Origin: a virus
Lineage: Duplodnaviria; Heunggongvirae; Uroviricota; Caudoviricetes; Crassvirales
Direction: 5' to 3' (one strand)
Length of the DNA stretch: 64,000 nucleotides
IMG/VR virus record: IMGVR_UViG_2974789816_000001
Shown: positions 53,139 to 62,735 of the stretch, in pieces
Position numbering within the stretch: position 1 is the stretch's first letter
How the letters are laid out: each line of letters opens with the position of its first letter
Position numbers and translations under genes: made by a program
The notes under the pieces: model-generated
What the model saw: only the letters and a program-made list of their open reading frames with translations
Database searches by the model: none
Told to the model about the DNA's origin: nothing

Positions 53139-53585
53139 TTAGTAAGGGAGATTGTTAGGAAAGGGAGAATCTCCCTCTGCCTTGACCTCTACTTCAGGTG
53201 CCTTCTCGGCATCATCTACTGTCTCAGGAGCAACATTGTCAATAGCAGGCTCCTCTACATGAATTTCATATACATTAGCCTCCTCATTGAACACTACTAC
53301 ACCAGCCTTAGGTTCATACTTAGTAACCTTTACAGGCTTACCATCCTTATCAGCCTTACCAGTATCTTCTACCTTCTTGACAACCAAGTCTTCACTTGTG
53401 AGACCACCTGTCAAAGCCTTGACACCCATCTCATGTCCCTCAATCTCCTCAGTCAGGGCATTATACTCTGCATTGAGTTCATCAATCTTGGCAGCAATCT
53501 TATTCTTCTTCACTACCAAAGGATTAACATTCTGTGCAATTCTTTTTACACCTGCAAACTGTCTTACTGTCAATGTCTTATTCAT
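53139..53585 (-). CDS. hypothetical acidic protein
   Basis: 148-aa ORF with K/E/V-rich composition. Its coding sense was chosen over overlapping plus-strand low-complexity ORFs. Confidence 0.35.
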   Translation of the reverse strand: MNKTLTVRQFAGVKRIAQNVNPLVVKKNKIAAKIDELNAEYNALTEEIEGHEMGVKALTGGLTSEDLVVKKVEDTGKADKDGKPVKVTKYEPKAGVVVFNEEANVYEIHVEEPAIDNVAPETVDDAEKAPEVEVKAEGDSPFPNNLPY

Positions 53586-53635
53586 ACTTTTCTTGCTAAA
53601 ATAAAAAATAAAAAAAAATACTTAAATACTTGTTA

Positions 53636-53920
53636 CTAAAATATCTGTAATAATTGTCCTAATCCTCCAGACTTCTGTAATATATCAGGCTTATCCCACA
53701 GCTTGTATATTGTGAATTTCCTTTCATAATAGTCTAGGGCTGTTATAAAACATGCTGCCAATTGTGCACTACTTAATAACTTGGTAACAAACAGGGTAGT
53801 CTCATAGTAAGGCTTGCCCTGTTCTATACAGTATTGCATCAATACCATACTGATGTCACCTGTAGTAATACTATTATTAGCAACTAACCTTGATATTCTT
53901 ACAGTCTCATCCCTATCCAT
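53636..53920 (-). CDS. hypothetical protein
   Basis: 94-aa ORF. Confidence 0.3.
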   Translation of the reverse strand: MDRDETVRISRLVANNSITTGDISMVLMQYCIEQGKPYYETTLFVTKLLSSAQLAACFITALDYYERKFTIYKLWDKPDILQKSGGLGQLLQIF

Positions 53921-54683
53921 AAACTTCTCTTAACTTGTCTACAACAATAGACAAATCATTAGGAATCTCATCAGGAAGGTCATCCAATGCACCAAGACTG
54001 TCTTTAGCAGGATATTCTCCATCAAACTCCTTGACAAAGTGCTTGATAGGCCTCTTGTTTTCTGCATCATACCCTACCTTGCCAAAGAGGATAATATCAA
54101 ACTTACCCTCAGGAGTAATATAGTCATCAACCATCTTTCCAGTGGTCTTGAACTTATAGGAAATGGAATCACCATTCCTGTCCTTATACTCCTCATAATG
54201 GGCACAGCAGATGATATTCTTATCTTCAGGGAATCCCTTGAAAGAATCAAAGATGAGACCCATACCATAACCAATCTGCTTAGGAGTATCCCATCCACCT
54301 TTCATGGCATTTGCCATATAGAAATCCTGAGCAAGATAGTTCATATCATCTATAAGAACATTCTTATAAGGTGATTTCTTCATTATATTGACAATCTCTG
54401 CAACTGCTGCAAATCTGTCAAGTCCTGTAAGACTATCTACCTGTACTCTGTTTCCTGTGGCAAGGGCATTTGCATTTACAAGCTTCTGTGTGGGCTTACC
54501 TACATTCTCCACTCCAATGTTGCCTTCAATCAATTTGAAGTTAGGGTTAGGAACACCCCTACCAATACACTGGATAACATAAGTTTCCTTTGGGTTAAGC
54601 CCCTTAATACCTAACTTCTCCCTACCACAATAGGAAGTGGTTTTTCCAAAGCCTGACTTAGCCAAAACTAAAATCTTTGCCAT
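53913..54683 (-). CDS. RecA-fold P-loop ATPase, AAA_24/Sak4-like
   Basis: N-terminal MAKILVLAKSGFGKTT Walker A immediately at the start. Length ~256 aa, typical of phage Sak4-type ATPases. Confidence 0.5.
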   Translation of the reverse strand: MAKILVLAKSGFGKTTSYCGREKLGIKGLNPKETYVIQCIGRGVPNPNFKLIEGNIGVENVGKPTQKLVNANALATGNRVQVDSLTGLDRFAAVAEIVNIMKKSPYKNVLIDDMNYLAQDFYMANAMKGGWDTPKQIGYGMGLIFDSFKGFPEDKNIICCAHYEEYKDRNGDSISYKFKTTGKMVDDYITPEGKFDIILFGKVGYDAENKRPIKHFVKEFDGEYPAKDSLGALDDLPDEIPNDLSIVVDKLREVYG

Positions 54684-54707
54684 TGTTTTTGTCTTATAAT
54701 GTTACTT

Positions 54708-55919
54708 TTACTTGAAAAGGGTTGCAAACTTATGAAATATTTTCCACCTGTGCAACTTTCTATTCATTTTATTTACTCCATAACTAAAGAAAGTCTTAGC
54801 AGTTTTGCTCTTCCTTGATTCCATATAGTTATATACTCTCTGTAGTGCTTCCCTATCATCAGGTTTTGGGAGTTCATAAAATGTACTCACTGCACCATCA
54901 AAGAATAAAGGGCAGATTTGACCATTTGCTCCATAGTCTCTATCTTCAATCACCTCCATGAACCTTATATGGTTCCTGAACTTGGTTATATCATATCCTT
55001 CATACTCTCTTAGTCCATACTTGAATGGACTATAGAGACCTATAACCATATTGGCATCTCTGGTAGTAGTCTTACAATCTGCAAGACCATCAGAAGATGG
55101 TTTAAGCTTATTCAGCTTTTGGTTCTCAATACCCTCTTGAGCCTGTGCTTGATGCTGAATCAATACAAAGATGAATTTCAATTGATTCCTGAGAGTAATA
55201 CCATACTTGCTCATCTTATCAATAGTTTCCATCTTCTTCAATCCACTTTCAAGAGATAGATTCGAGGCATTATCTATGATGATTATCCTCCTCTCCTCTG
55301 GGTCATCTGGGGTATAAGGATTGTCATTGTCTACCACATCTGCATCTATAATTTTATCTGTGATAGGGTCTTTCCTCTTACCTTTCTTGAAGTTAAGATG
55401 TCCATGAGCTAAGGCATAGTCTCTACAGTACTTATTGATTCCTGTAGGATTCCTTTGGCCATCAATATACTCGACCATATCCTCGAATGCCTTGATATAT
55501 CTCTGATACTTATCAGATTCAAGTAATTCAAGAATCTTCTCATCAATAGGATGGTCTCTATCTGTACTTTTCAGTTCAGTGGGAGATACCTCTATTCCAT
55601 CCAATCTAAACAATAGATGACACAAGAACTCATTGTACTTTTCCTCTGGACTCATCTCCAAAGTAAAGTAAAGAACCTTAACTCTCATCTCAGGATGCTC
55701 CAATATAAAGAACAATGGTTCATATACAAATAGGTAATCACAGAACTTTGATTTACCTACCTTTTGGTTGGCAGTCACCACTATGAACTTAGCAGTTTCA
55801 ATGCCTGGAACCCATGCTCTAAATCTTGGAAAAGGAAAAGGGATACAATTATAAAGTCCATTAAGAACTCTCTCTCTCCTTAACCTCAGATTTCCCATTA
55901 CTTGCTTAAATCTACTCAT
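54708..55919 (-). CDS. replicative helicase-like RecA-fold ATPase (DnaB-family candidate)
   Basis: Walker A VVTANQKVGKSKF. Walker B RRIIIIDNASNL. 403 aa. Located between the primase and SF2 helicase genes. Confidence 0.45.
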   Translation of the reverse strand: MSRFKQVMGNLRLRRERVLNGLYNCIPFPFPRFRAWVPGIETAKFIVVTANQKVGKSKFCDYLFVYEPLFFILEHPEMRVKVLYFTLEMSPEEKYNEFLCHLLFRLDGIEVSPTELKSTDRDHPIDEKILELLESDKYQRYIKAFEDMVEYIDGQRNPTGINKYCRDYALAHGHLNFKKGKRKDPITDKIIDADVVDNDNPYTPDDPEERRIIIIDNASNLSLESGLKKMETIDKMSKYGITLRNQLKFIFVLIQHQAQAQEGIENQKLNKLKPSSDGLADCKTTTRDANMVIGLYSPFKYGLREYEGYDITKFRNHIRFMEVIEDRDYGANGQICPLFFDGAVSTFYELPKPDDREALQRVYNYMESRKSKTAKTFFSYGVNKMNRKLHRWKIFHKFATLFK

Positions 55920-55921
55920 AA

Positions 55922-56521
55922 TCAGTTAATTGTAGAAGTCCAATCTCTCTTCAAATCATCTTCCTGACCAGCATTCTCTATGTAAGAAGCAAGGTCTGAT
56001 ACCTCTTCAATGTACTTTCTATCATCACTTCCCATTTTCTTTTCATCCTTCCATATAAAGTATTTAAGTGCTCTCATATAAATGTACTGTCCATTGAAGG
56101 ATTCCACATATTTCTTGGCTGCATGTATAATCTGCTCATCAGAGTACTTATTACCATACAACTTGAAGAACTTTTGAAGCCTCTCTTTATTGTCTTTTCT
56201 ATTGCCTTTCCAATACAAAGATGTACCTTCTTTCTTGCCTGATGGGAAGATAGACATAAGAGTATCTACTAGAGGTAATAGTCGCTCATCTGATGGTACA
56301 GAAGTATCAGCACTAAGTAATATATCAGAGCATATACTATCCCACCTTTGAGTAACTAGGAAACCTTCAGAGAACATATCTTTTACCAGTACCTCTTTAT
56401 TAACCAAGTCATTAAACAGCTCAGTAATGTTTACTCCAGTCTTAACAAGCAATACTGCAAGAAGAGAAGGTAAATCCATGCCTTTCTTCTTACAAATATC
56501 TTCATTGATTACATAATTCAT
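55922..56521 (-). CDS. hypothetical protein
   Basis: 199-aa ORF. Confidence 0.35.
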   Translation of the reverse strand: MNYVINEDICKKKGMDLPSLLAVLLVKTGVNITELFNDLVNKEVLVKDMFSEGFLVTQRWDSICSDILLSADTSVPSDERLLPLVDTLMSIFPSGKKEGTSLYWKGNRKDNKERLQKFFKLYGNKYSDEQIIHAAKKYVESFNGQYIYMRALKYFIWKDEKKMGSDDRKYIEEVSDLASYIENAGQEDDLKRDWTSTIN

Positions 56522-56639
56522 TCTGATAGCTTTTTCACATGATTAACTTCAATTTCCTCTACTGCTGCACAGTTTTTAGTCATTACCTCTTTGTTTTCTG
56601 GCTTTACAATAAATTTGGATGTTGTTCTAACTCTAGTTT

Positions 56640-57779
56640 TCATAATGTTATTTCATTTATATTATTAATAGTAACTATAGACTCTTCTGAATACTCCTCT
56701 ATCATCTTCTGCACAAGTTCCTCTTCCCTTGTATCCTTAAAATAAGGTATAATGATAATAGGAGATTTGTGTCTAAGTATTCTACCAACTCTTTGCTTTA
56801 CTACAATCTCCGAACTATTCAAGTTGCAGAATATACCTATCCTACAATTAGTCAAGTTCACACCTTCATTGAGTATGTTACAGGCAGTAATATGCTTAAT
56901 CTTGTTAAGATTAAACATTTCAAGGTTCTTCACTGAAGCCTTATTCTTTGAGGTGATATTGTATTTACCTAACCTCTCTGACTGCTCAATACTACTACAG
57001 AAAATCAAAGTCTTGTAATTCCTGAACTTGTCAAGAAGAGATAGTACAAGGGCTTCCTTCTGTTCAGCACACCACTTCAGCCTTTTGCCTGCTGTTGAAA
57101 GCCATAAGTTCTTTATCCTCTCATTTCTTGAGTTAAAGTACTTATTCTTGTACCACTCTATAAGTGAAGAGATACTATCATAGCAACCTTTCTGAGTGGT
57201 GATTATATCACGATCAAACTTCTTAACCTTATAGGTATAATTAGTAGTGTCCAAAGTCAAAGGCAGTAGATATACTGTAGGCTCAGGTAGTACTTCATCT
57301 TCTACAGCTTCCTTGAGACCACACTTAATGACCTCAGCCTTGTGGTTGTAAATGAAATAATCCCTCATGTCTCTCTTAATAGTGGCAGACAATCCAATGA
57401 AAGACTCATTGATATGGATAGTCTCCAATACATCAATTCTTGCTTCTGACAAATGCTGCATCTCATCTGCCACTACTACATCAAAGTATGAGTTCTCATA
57501 GTTCTTTAGTGACTCATAGCATTCAATGGTAATATAGTCAGACTTGATACCTCCCCATTTCTCAATCTCATCCTTCCAAGTCTGCTTATGCACAGTCTTA
57601 GATACAAGTATCAGGATACTTGTAGGGCTTTCATCATTTCTGAATACCCTATCACATATATGATTAATGAGGTCTATTGCTACTTTGGTCTTCCCCATCC
57701 CAGTAATAAGCTCTAAGATAAGATACTTAGTTTTGTCTATCTTAGACAAAGCTAAGCTATTCACTTCTTCTCTAGTCAT
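56640..57779 (-). CDS. SF2 DNA helicase (DExH-box)
   Basis: Motif I ELITGMGKTKVA. Motif II VVADEMQHL. Motif VI QRVGRILR. Confidence 0.6.
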   Translation of the reverse strand: MTREEVNSLALSKIDKTKYLILELITGMGKTKVAIDLINHICDRVFRNDESPTSILILVSKTVHKQTWKDEIEKWGGIKSDYITIECYESLKNYENSYFDVVVADEMQHLSEARIDVLETIHINESFIGLSATIKRDMRDYFIYNHKAEVIKCGLKEAVEDEVLPEPTVYLLPLTLDTTNYTYKVKKFDRDIITTQKGCYDSISSLIEWYKNKYFNSRNERIKNLWLSTAGKRLKWCAEQKEALVLSLLDKFRNYKTLIFCSSIEQSERLGKYNITSKNKASVKNLEMFNLNKIKHITACNILNEGVNLTNCRIGIFCNLNSSEIVVKQRVGRILRHKSPIIIIPYFKDTREEELVQKMIEEYSEESIVTINNINEITL

Positions 57780-57801
57780 TGCTCAATTTCTCTTTACTAT
57801 T

Positions 57802-58143
57802 TCATACTTTCCAACATAGTAGCTTCTTGATTTTCAGTAGGCATTTTGTGATAATGTTACCTCCATCCAATGAAAATACTATGGCTTCATTGTCAAGTTC
57901 ACCCCAATTCTCCTCTAATGAGAATATGAAATAAAATATAATAAAGATTCCAAATAGAGTTACATTAAGCCAAGGAACAATGCCCAATAGAACAATGACC
58001 AAGATTGCCCATAGAGGTACTCCTATCTTATATGTCTCTACTATTTGCATCTCTCCATTTATCCTACGATACTTTTCAACATTTGTATCTGTCAAGATGC
58101 AAATAGTGAAAAGTATGATAAGAATTGATATAATCCACATCAC
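57802..58143 (-). CDS. small multi-pass membrane protein
   Basis: Three hydrophobic helices (MMWIISILIILFTICIL...; LWAILVIVLLGIVPWL; LFGIFIIFYFIF). Confidence 0.4.
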   Translation of the reverse strand: MMWIISILIILFTICILTDTNVEKYRRINGEMQIVETYKIGVPLWAILVIVLLGIVPWLNVTLFGIFIIFYFIFSLEENWGELDNEAIVFSLDGGNIITKCLLKIKKLLCWKV

Positions 58144-58373
58144 TTGCTAATATCTTTAAAGATTGTAGGAACCTGACCATATACAGGTAACTATATAGTA
58201 ATCTTGTTGTCTAACTCAGAGGATAAAGGAAATATATTTTTTCTCTCCCTTCTTACTACCTCTTGAGCCTCCTCTAAGGTATTATATCTACCAAAGGAAT
58301 GACCCCCAATTCTTACCCTATATTTACCATCCTCTATGGTGATGTTCCTACATTTTAGTAGTACTATTCAATA

Positions 58374-59174
58374 CTATTTTCTTATTTTACTTAAATCCAA
58401 AAATGTAGAAGTATTCCCACCAGTGATTACTGTTGGTACAGTCCCATCCCATTTCTCAATCCACATCTTCTCAAGAATTGCAGGAGTAAGAGCCTGTTGC
58501 CTCAACTCATTGGCTTTCTTCTCTGCCTCAGCAGCTACAATAAGTTTCTTAGCCTGAGCTTCTGCCACTTTAACCTCATTCTCTACCTGCATAGCCTGTT
58601 GGATAGCTTTATTCTTGGCATTTACAGACTCTACAATAGTCTGAGGGTATTTGAGACCTGAAGTGAGTTGTTCTAATTGAAAGTTCTCTTTGGCAAGTGC
58701 TTGAGCCAAGTACCTTTCAATAGCATTCTCAATACTGTCCCTTTTACTTACAATGTCATCAGTAGTAAACTTGTTTAATTGGATTCTAAAGGCATCCTTT
58801 ACATAGTTATACAGAGTACCTCTGATTACCTCATTCAACTCTTTTCTGTACTTCTTAAAGACAGCAGGTGATTTACCATCAATAATCTTCAATGATACAG
58901 TGGGGTCTACAGTGAACTCTGAACCATCCTTTGCATTGATTGTAAATGGCTCATAGTCAATGGTCTGTACATAAGTAGGATACTCATATACTGTGGTAGT
59001 CCAAGGATTGTACCATACAATACCAGTTACCAAAGAAGCATCATCCACTCCCTTATCACTGCCATACAGATTCACCTTGATGCCTTCACAACCTGCATCT
59101 ACCTTCTCCATACATGATGTCATTGAGAACACCATAAACAAGGACAGAAGTCCCAAAATCAATTTACTTTTCAT
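58374..59174 (-). CDS. SPFH/band-7 (HflK/C-stomatin-like) lipoprotein
   Basis: Signal peptide + lipobox MKSKLILGLLSLFMVFSMTSC. Central SPFH-like region. C-terminal Ala/Glu-rich coiled coil QAMQVENEVKVAEAQAKKLIVAAEAEKKANELRQQA, typical of HflK/HflC. Confidence 0.5.
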   Translation of the reverse strand: MKSKLILGLLSLFMVFSMTSCMEKVDAGCEGIKVNLYGSDKGVDDASLVTGIVWYNPWTTTVYEYPTYVQTIDYEPFTINAKDGSEFTVDPTVSLKIIDGKSPAVFKKYRKELNEVIRGTLYNYVKDAFRIQLNKFTTDDIVSKRDSIENAIERYLAQALAKENFQLEQLTSGLKYPQTIVESVNAKNKAIQQAMQVENEVKVAEAQAKKLIVAAEAEKKANELRQQALTPAILEKMWIEKWDGTVPTVITGGNTSTFLDLSKIRK

Positions 59175-59364
59175 GTTTTCTTTCTAATTTAATTGCTGTT
59201 AAACACTTTGTTCTGACTGATAGATATAATGTTGCCACTACCATAAAGAATCCTATCACATTCTCAATGGTATTAGGTGCTGAAATCATTTCAAGTCCTA
59301 AGGTTATTAGGATAATGAAGATTACAAACCATACAGCAAACTTTGCTACTACTTCAGCTTTCAT
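59164..59364 (-). CDS. small two-TM membrane protein (possible SPFH partner)
   Basis: 66 aa: FAVWFVIFIILITLGL and VIGFFMVVATLYL helices. Overlaps the SPFH gene's start. Confidence 0.3.
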   Translation of the reverse strand: MKAEVVAKFAVWFVIFIILITLGLEMISAPNTIENVIGFFMVVATLYLSVRTKCLTAIKLERKHEK

Positions 59365-59675
59365 ACTATTTCAATTACTTTCACATTATCAGGAAGTGTT
59401 TCCTTGTTCCAATCCTTTTTTAGGTTGTTATATGCACTCTCCAAAGTCGGAAATACATAGTTAGATAATCTTTAGAATAATGATTCTATCATATTTCAAA
59501 CAGTTTTATGTAAGTTCTCTTACACTCCCCACTCCAATACCATTTGTTATACCATAATAGCACAATGTATTTATTCCTTAATATGACTATATCAATTCTG
59601 GGAAGATACCTATTGTACATTATAATAACCCAAACACATAAAGCAATGAGGAGTAATACATTATATACCATCATA

Positions 59676-60230
59676 TTATTCTGGTTTAGGACAACATATT
59701 ACATACTTAAATCTTGAACAAATTTCTTTCCATTTCATATAGTTATCACATGAGTTTTTCTTTAATGCCTTTGCATCAATGAAGTTACTTACACAGAGCA
59801 TATCATACTTGTTAGTAGGATGAGGAATTACCTCAAAGTACCCATCTAAATCATGTATAATTGCCCTAATAGTATCACCTGATGATATAAAGTCATCCAC
59901 AACTATGAACCTTGTAGTACCAACCTCATCAATTCCTCTTAATGAAGAACAATGAGCACTTGTATCTTCTTCCTTCCTGACAATCAGGATGTAGGTCTTA
60001 GTAGTTGGGTTAATGTTGTGTAACTCATTAAGCATAGCACCTGCAATCATAGCTCCTGATGTACCTCTTACTACAAAGGTTATGCTTGTACCTTCCTCAA
60101 TGTCCTCTTTATATGTATTGAAGATTGCTTCTGCACTCTGTTGTATGTAGCTATGCTTCCAATGAACACCAAATGGATATTCTACGATAATAGAATGGTC
60201 AAGATGTATAAATTTAGGAACATATCCCAT
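59676..60230 (-). CDS. type I phosphoribosyltransferase (PRPP-binding)
   Basis: RFIVVDDFISSGDTI = canonical PRPP-binding motif (hydrophobic x4-DD-x-h-x-S/TG-x-T). 184 aa, similar in size to APRT/HPRT. Confidence 0.55.
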   Translation of the reverse strand: MGYVPKFIHLDHSIIVEYPFGVHWKHSYIQQSAEAIFNTYKEDIEEGTSITFVVRGTSGAMIAGAMLNELHNINPTTKTYILIVRKEEDTSAHCSSLRGIDEVGTTRFIVVDDFISSGDTIRAIIHDLDGYFEVIPHPTNKYDMLCVSNFIDAKALKKNSCDNYMKWKEICSRFKYVICCPKPE

Positions 60231-60297
60231 AGTCTCTTAGTTTTATCCCACTTAGTCAGTAGGTCGTAAAAAAAAGAAAAAAAAAGAAAAAAAAAGA

Positions 60298-60328
60298 AGG
60301 ACAAGGATATTGATAATACCCTTGTCCT
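60298..60328 (-). terminator. Hairpin aggacaagg/ccttgtcct followed (on the minus strand) by a long T tract, the complement of (A8-9G)x3 at 60268..60297.
   Basis: Read directly. It is downstream of the minus-strand gene ending at 60350. Confidence 0.55.
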
Positions 60329-60349
60329 CTACTATGAGAACATATCCAG

Positions 60350-60784
60350 TTAGTCCTCAAACACTTGGTAAGTGTACGAAGTACCCCCAAGATGTTCTAC
60401 TGTTCTCTGCAAATGAGCTTCAAGTCTTTCCTTTTTACTCATTGTAGACCATTCTCTTGGCTTGAAACATGGAGGACAAGAATCCTTGCTAATCATGTAC
60501 TCATAAGCCTCCTTACTCATGTTGATAGTCTGAGTAGCTGGTTTACATTTTCTAGTGTGGAAAGTGATAATCTCGGGATTTTTCCCATTCTTATCAGTTA
60601 TCCTCACAGAGCCTTTGGTCATCTTGTCCAAATCTTCAGTTTGGACATAGATGGTCTTTTTGAATACTTTACCAGATTTGGTTTTTCTCTCAATGACTTT
60701 TCGAGTTGTTTTAAGGCACTCTTCCTTGCTGAACATTGTACTTCCTTGAAGTTCAATACTCAGACTTAGTTTGATTTCACTCAT
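60350..60784 (-). CDS. hypothetical protein
   Basis: 144-aa ORF. Confidence 0.35.
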   Translation of the reverse strand: MSEIKLSLSIELQGSTMFSKEECLKTTRKVIERKTKSGKVFKKTIYVQTEDLDKMTKGSVRITDKNGKNPEIITFHTRKCKPATQTINMSKEAYEYMISKDSCPPCFKPREWSTMSKKERLEAHLQRTVEHLGGTSYTYQVFED

Positions 60785-60801
60785 GTTTATTAATCTTCTT
60801 T

Positions 60802-61098
60802 TCAGATTCTTCCTTCATATTTTTCTCTCAACTCCTTTGCCATTTTAATGTGAAGAGTATGTTCCAAGGCTTCAATAGTGCCCATTAATTCTCTCACATT
60901 GAGGAATATTGCACTTGTTATAATCACCTCGACAGGTGCTTGCATTGTCTTACCTTTGTAGCTTTCCACCAAGTTTTCAACAAGTTCAACATTGGTTAAA
61001 CCACCATTCTCTTTGCCACCTTTAATGGCTTTTGCAGCATTTTCAAATGACTGCTCATCCAACTTTCTTTCAAGTGGATTCTGTTCTTTTTCTTTCAT
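60802..61098 (-). CDS. hypothetical protein
   Basis: 98-aa ORF. Confidence 0.3.
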   Translation of the reverse strand: MKEKEQNPLERKLDEQSFENAAKAIKGGKENGGLTNVELVENLVESYKGKTMQAPVEVIITSAIFLNVRELMGTIEALEHTLHIKMAKELREKYEGRI

Positions 61099-61436
61099 CT
61101 TTTTTTTTAGAAAGTGAATAAAAATAGTAAGTTACACACAGTAAATGCTAACTATAACAATGACTATATCAAAAGCAAGAACCTGCCATCCCATCCAAAG
61201 CAAGAACAACCCTCCACAATCAAGCTTCATAGGGCAGAATATTTCTCGGAATGGCAGTCATAAGTAATGGCAAAGCACTACTCAATTATATTTTGCAGAT
61301 ATAATCTTCATTATTATATTTACACAAATAGCATCCACTGTGTGTATTCAATGCAGTTAAGAGTAAATACCCTAAGACCTACATTTACTTACCTAATGAA
61401 TTTACAGTGTTGTACACACCAATCTTATTATTTTGT

Positions 61437-61745
61437 TTATTCAAATAATATATCAAGTACTCTTCTCCACTTACTTTTTCTTGTCCTTATAGTATTGTCA
61501 GAAGTATTACTTGACACATTCTTTCTGTTGCTGTTGAGTGTTCCTTTTCTCCCATAAGTCATAAAGAGCTTATCACTCTTCTCTCTTAGTCCTCCTTGAT
61601 ACCATCTATATTCAATAGCAGCAGGAGTTCTGTCAATTTCAAGTGATGCTTCCCTAAATGCTTTTTGCAAGTTATTAGGATTTTCCTCAATTTTACTGAT
61701 GATTACTTTCTCTTCATCCTCAGCCCATTTTCTAAGTATACTCAT
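61437..61745 (-). CDS. small Myb/SANT-like HTH protein (candidate regulator)
   Basis: KWAEDEEKVIISKIEENPNNLQKAFREASLEIDRTPAAIEYRWYQ follows the W-x2-EED ... RT-x5-RW spacing of SANT/Myb repeats. The basic C-terminus fits too. Confidence 0.3.
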   Translation of the reverse strand: MSILRKWAEDEEKVIISKIEENPNNLQKAFREASLEIDRTPAAIEYRWYQGGLREKSDKLFMTYGRKGTLNSNRKNVSSNTSDNTIRTRKSKWRRVLDILFE

Positions 61746-62028
61746 TTGATAATTTAATTATTCATTTTGTTCTGTAACATGATATAGTGTTTTATATACT
61801 AATCTAGTATAAATATAATGGATTCATTTCATATTGAAAGAATGTCCTAACAAAGTCATACAGCTTTTCATGTTGAAACTCTTGTATTCAAAGTCACGTA
61901 ACCCTTTCTTTATATCCCCACATTTGGTCATTGCATCACAAGTGGTTATAGCTTTCCTATAAGCATCACATTTTGCTTTTCTTCAGGTTCGACTGCTTAG
62001 TAGAAATAGTGAGCTAAATCCACCATTG

Positions 62029-62100
62029 TATCTCCAGTGAGACTCGAACTCACATTGAATGCTTAGAAGGCATTTGTTCTATCCCTTGAACTATGGAGAC
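62029..62100 (-). tRNA. tRNA-Arg (anticodon UCU). CCA is not encoded.
   Basis: Manual cloverleaf of the reverse complement. Acceptor GTCTCCA/TGGAGAT (one G-U). D arm GTTC-AAGGGATA-GAAC. Anticodon arm AATGC-CTTCTAA-GCATT (U33, UCU, A37). Variable CAAT. T arm GTGAG-TTCGAGT-CTCAC. Discriminator A. 72 nt. Confidence 0.75.
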
Positions 62101-62186
62101 ATCACAAAAGGTCAGATATTCTCACGAACCTCTGACCTGTAGTGACAATATGTCACCCGAACTAAAAATCCTTTACTTAAAAATAA

Positions 62187-62417
62187 TCAAATTAACTTTC
62201 CTGTTATTTTGTTAAACCATCTGTATAAAGACAATACTTCAAACTCTTCCTCTGAGATTAGCTTATAGCAACAGAATATCATCACTACAACAGCTATAAG
62301 AGTCTGAAAGAAATATCCATTGTCATAGATGCTATCTACTCCTGCTACAAAGAGTATAGTCACAAAGCCTGTTGCCCATAACAATATGCCTTTGATTATA
62401 AACTTAAATTTGTTCAT
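62187..62417 (-). CDS. small two-TM membrane protein
   Basis: 76 aa with two hydrophobic helices. Confidence 0.3.
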   Translation of the reverse strand: MNKFKFIIKGILLWATGFVTILFVAGVDSIYDNGYFFQTLIAVVVMIFCCYKLISEEEFEVLSLYRWFNKITGKLI

Positions 62418-62434
62418 TTTTGTTTAATTGCTTG

Positions 62435-62665
62435 TTAAGTTGAAAATAATTCAAGCACATCTTCTGTACTAAACTCTACCTTATTCTCATAGTCTATGTC
62501 AGACTTACTCATAGATTCACTGCCTTGATTATTCATAATGTTGCTATGAGCTAAGGTATTATTATGCACAGAGATGTGCTTTATATATTCATCAATGACC
62601 AGTCCCACACTCTTGTCAAGAAGAGCATGAGACTGAGCAAAGATGTATAACTCTCTAATTGTCAC
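62435..62665 (-). CDS. hypothetical small protein
   Basis: 76-aa ORF. Confidence 0.25.
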   Translation of the reverse strand: MTIRELYIFAQSHALLDKSVGLVIDEYIKHISVHNNTLAHSNIMNNQGSESMSKSDIDYENKVEFSTEDVLELFST

Positions 62666-62735
62666 TGTATATTTATTTAAGATTTGTTATAGTAATCAAA
62701 TATAATGTAGAGGATTATGGCATGGAATAATAGTA

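Noticed and set aside
52388-53639. Plus-strand ORFs 52388..52975, 53109..53639 and 53287..53604 overlapping minus-strand genes.
   Set aside because: The minus-strand frames give protein-like composition and fit the operon's strand and spacing. The plus-strand frames are I/L/F/Y-rich low complexity.
61267-61557. 96-aa plus-strand ORF in the 61100..61436 gap.
   Set aside because: It overlaps the minus-strand Myb-like gene, has a hydrophobic low-complexity sequence, and is oriented against every neighbouring gene. More likely it is non-coding promoter/regulatory DNA.
61981-61996. caggttcgactgc on the plus strand resembling a tRNA T-arm.
   Set aside because: Only a 3-bp stem can form and no acceptor, D or anticodon arms are foldable around it. 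It is better explained as the complement of a degenerate tRNA-like fragment next to tRNA-Arg.
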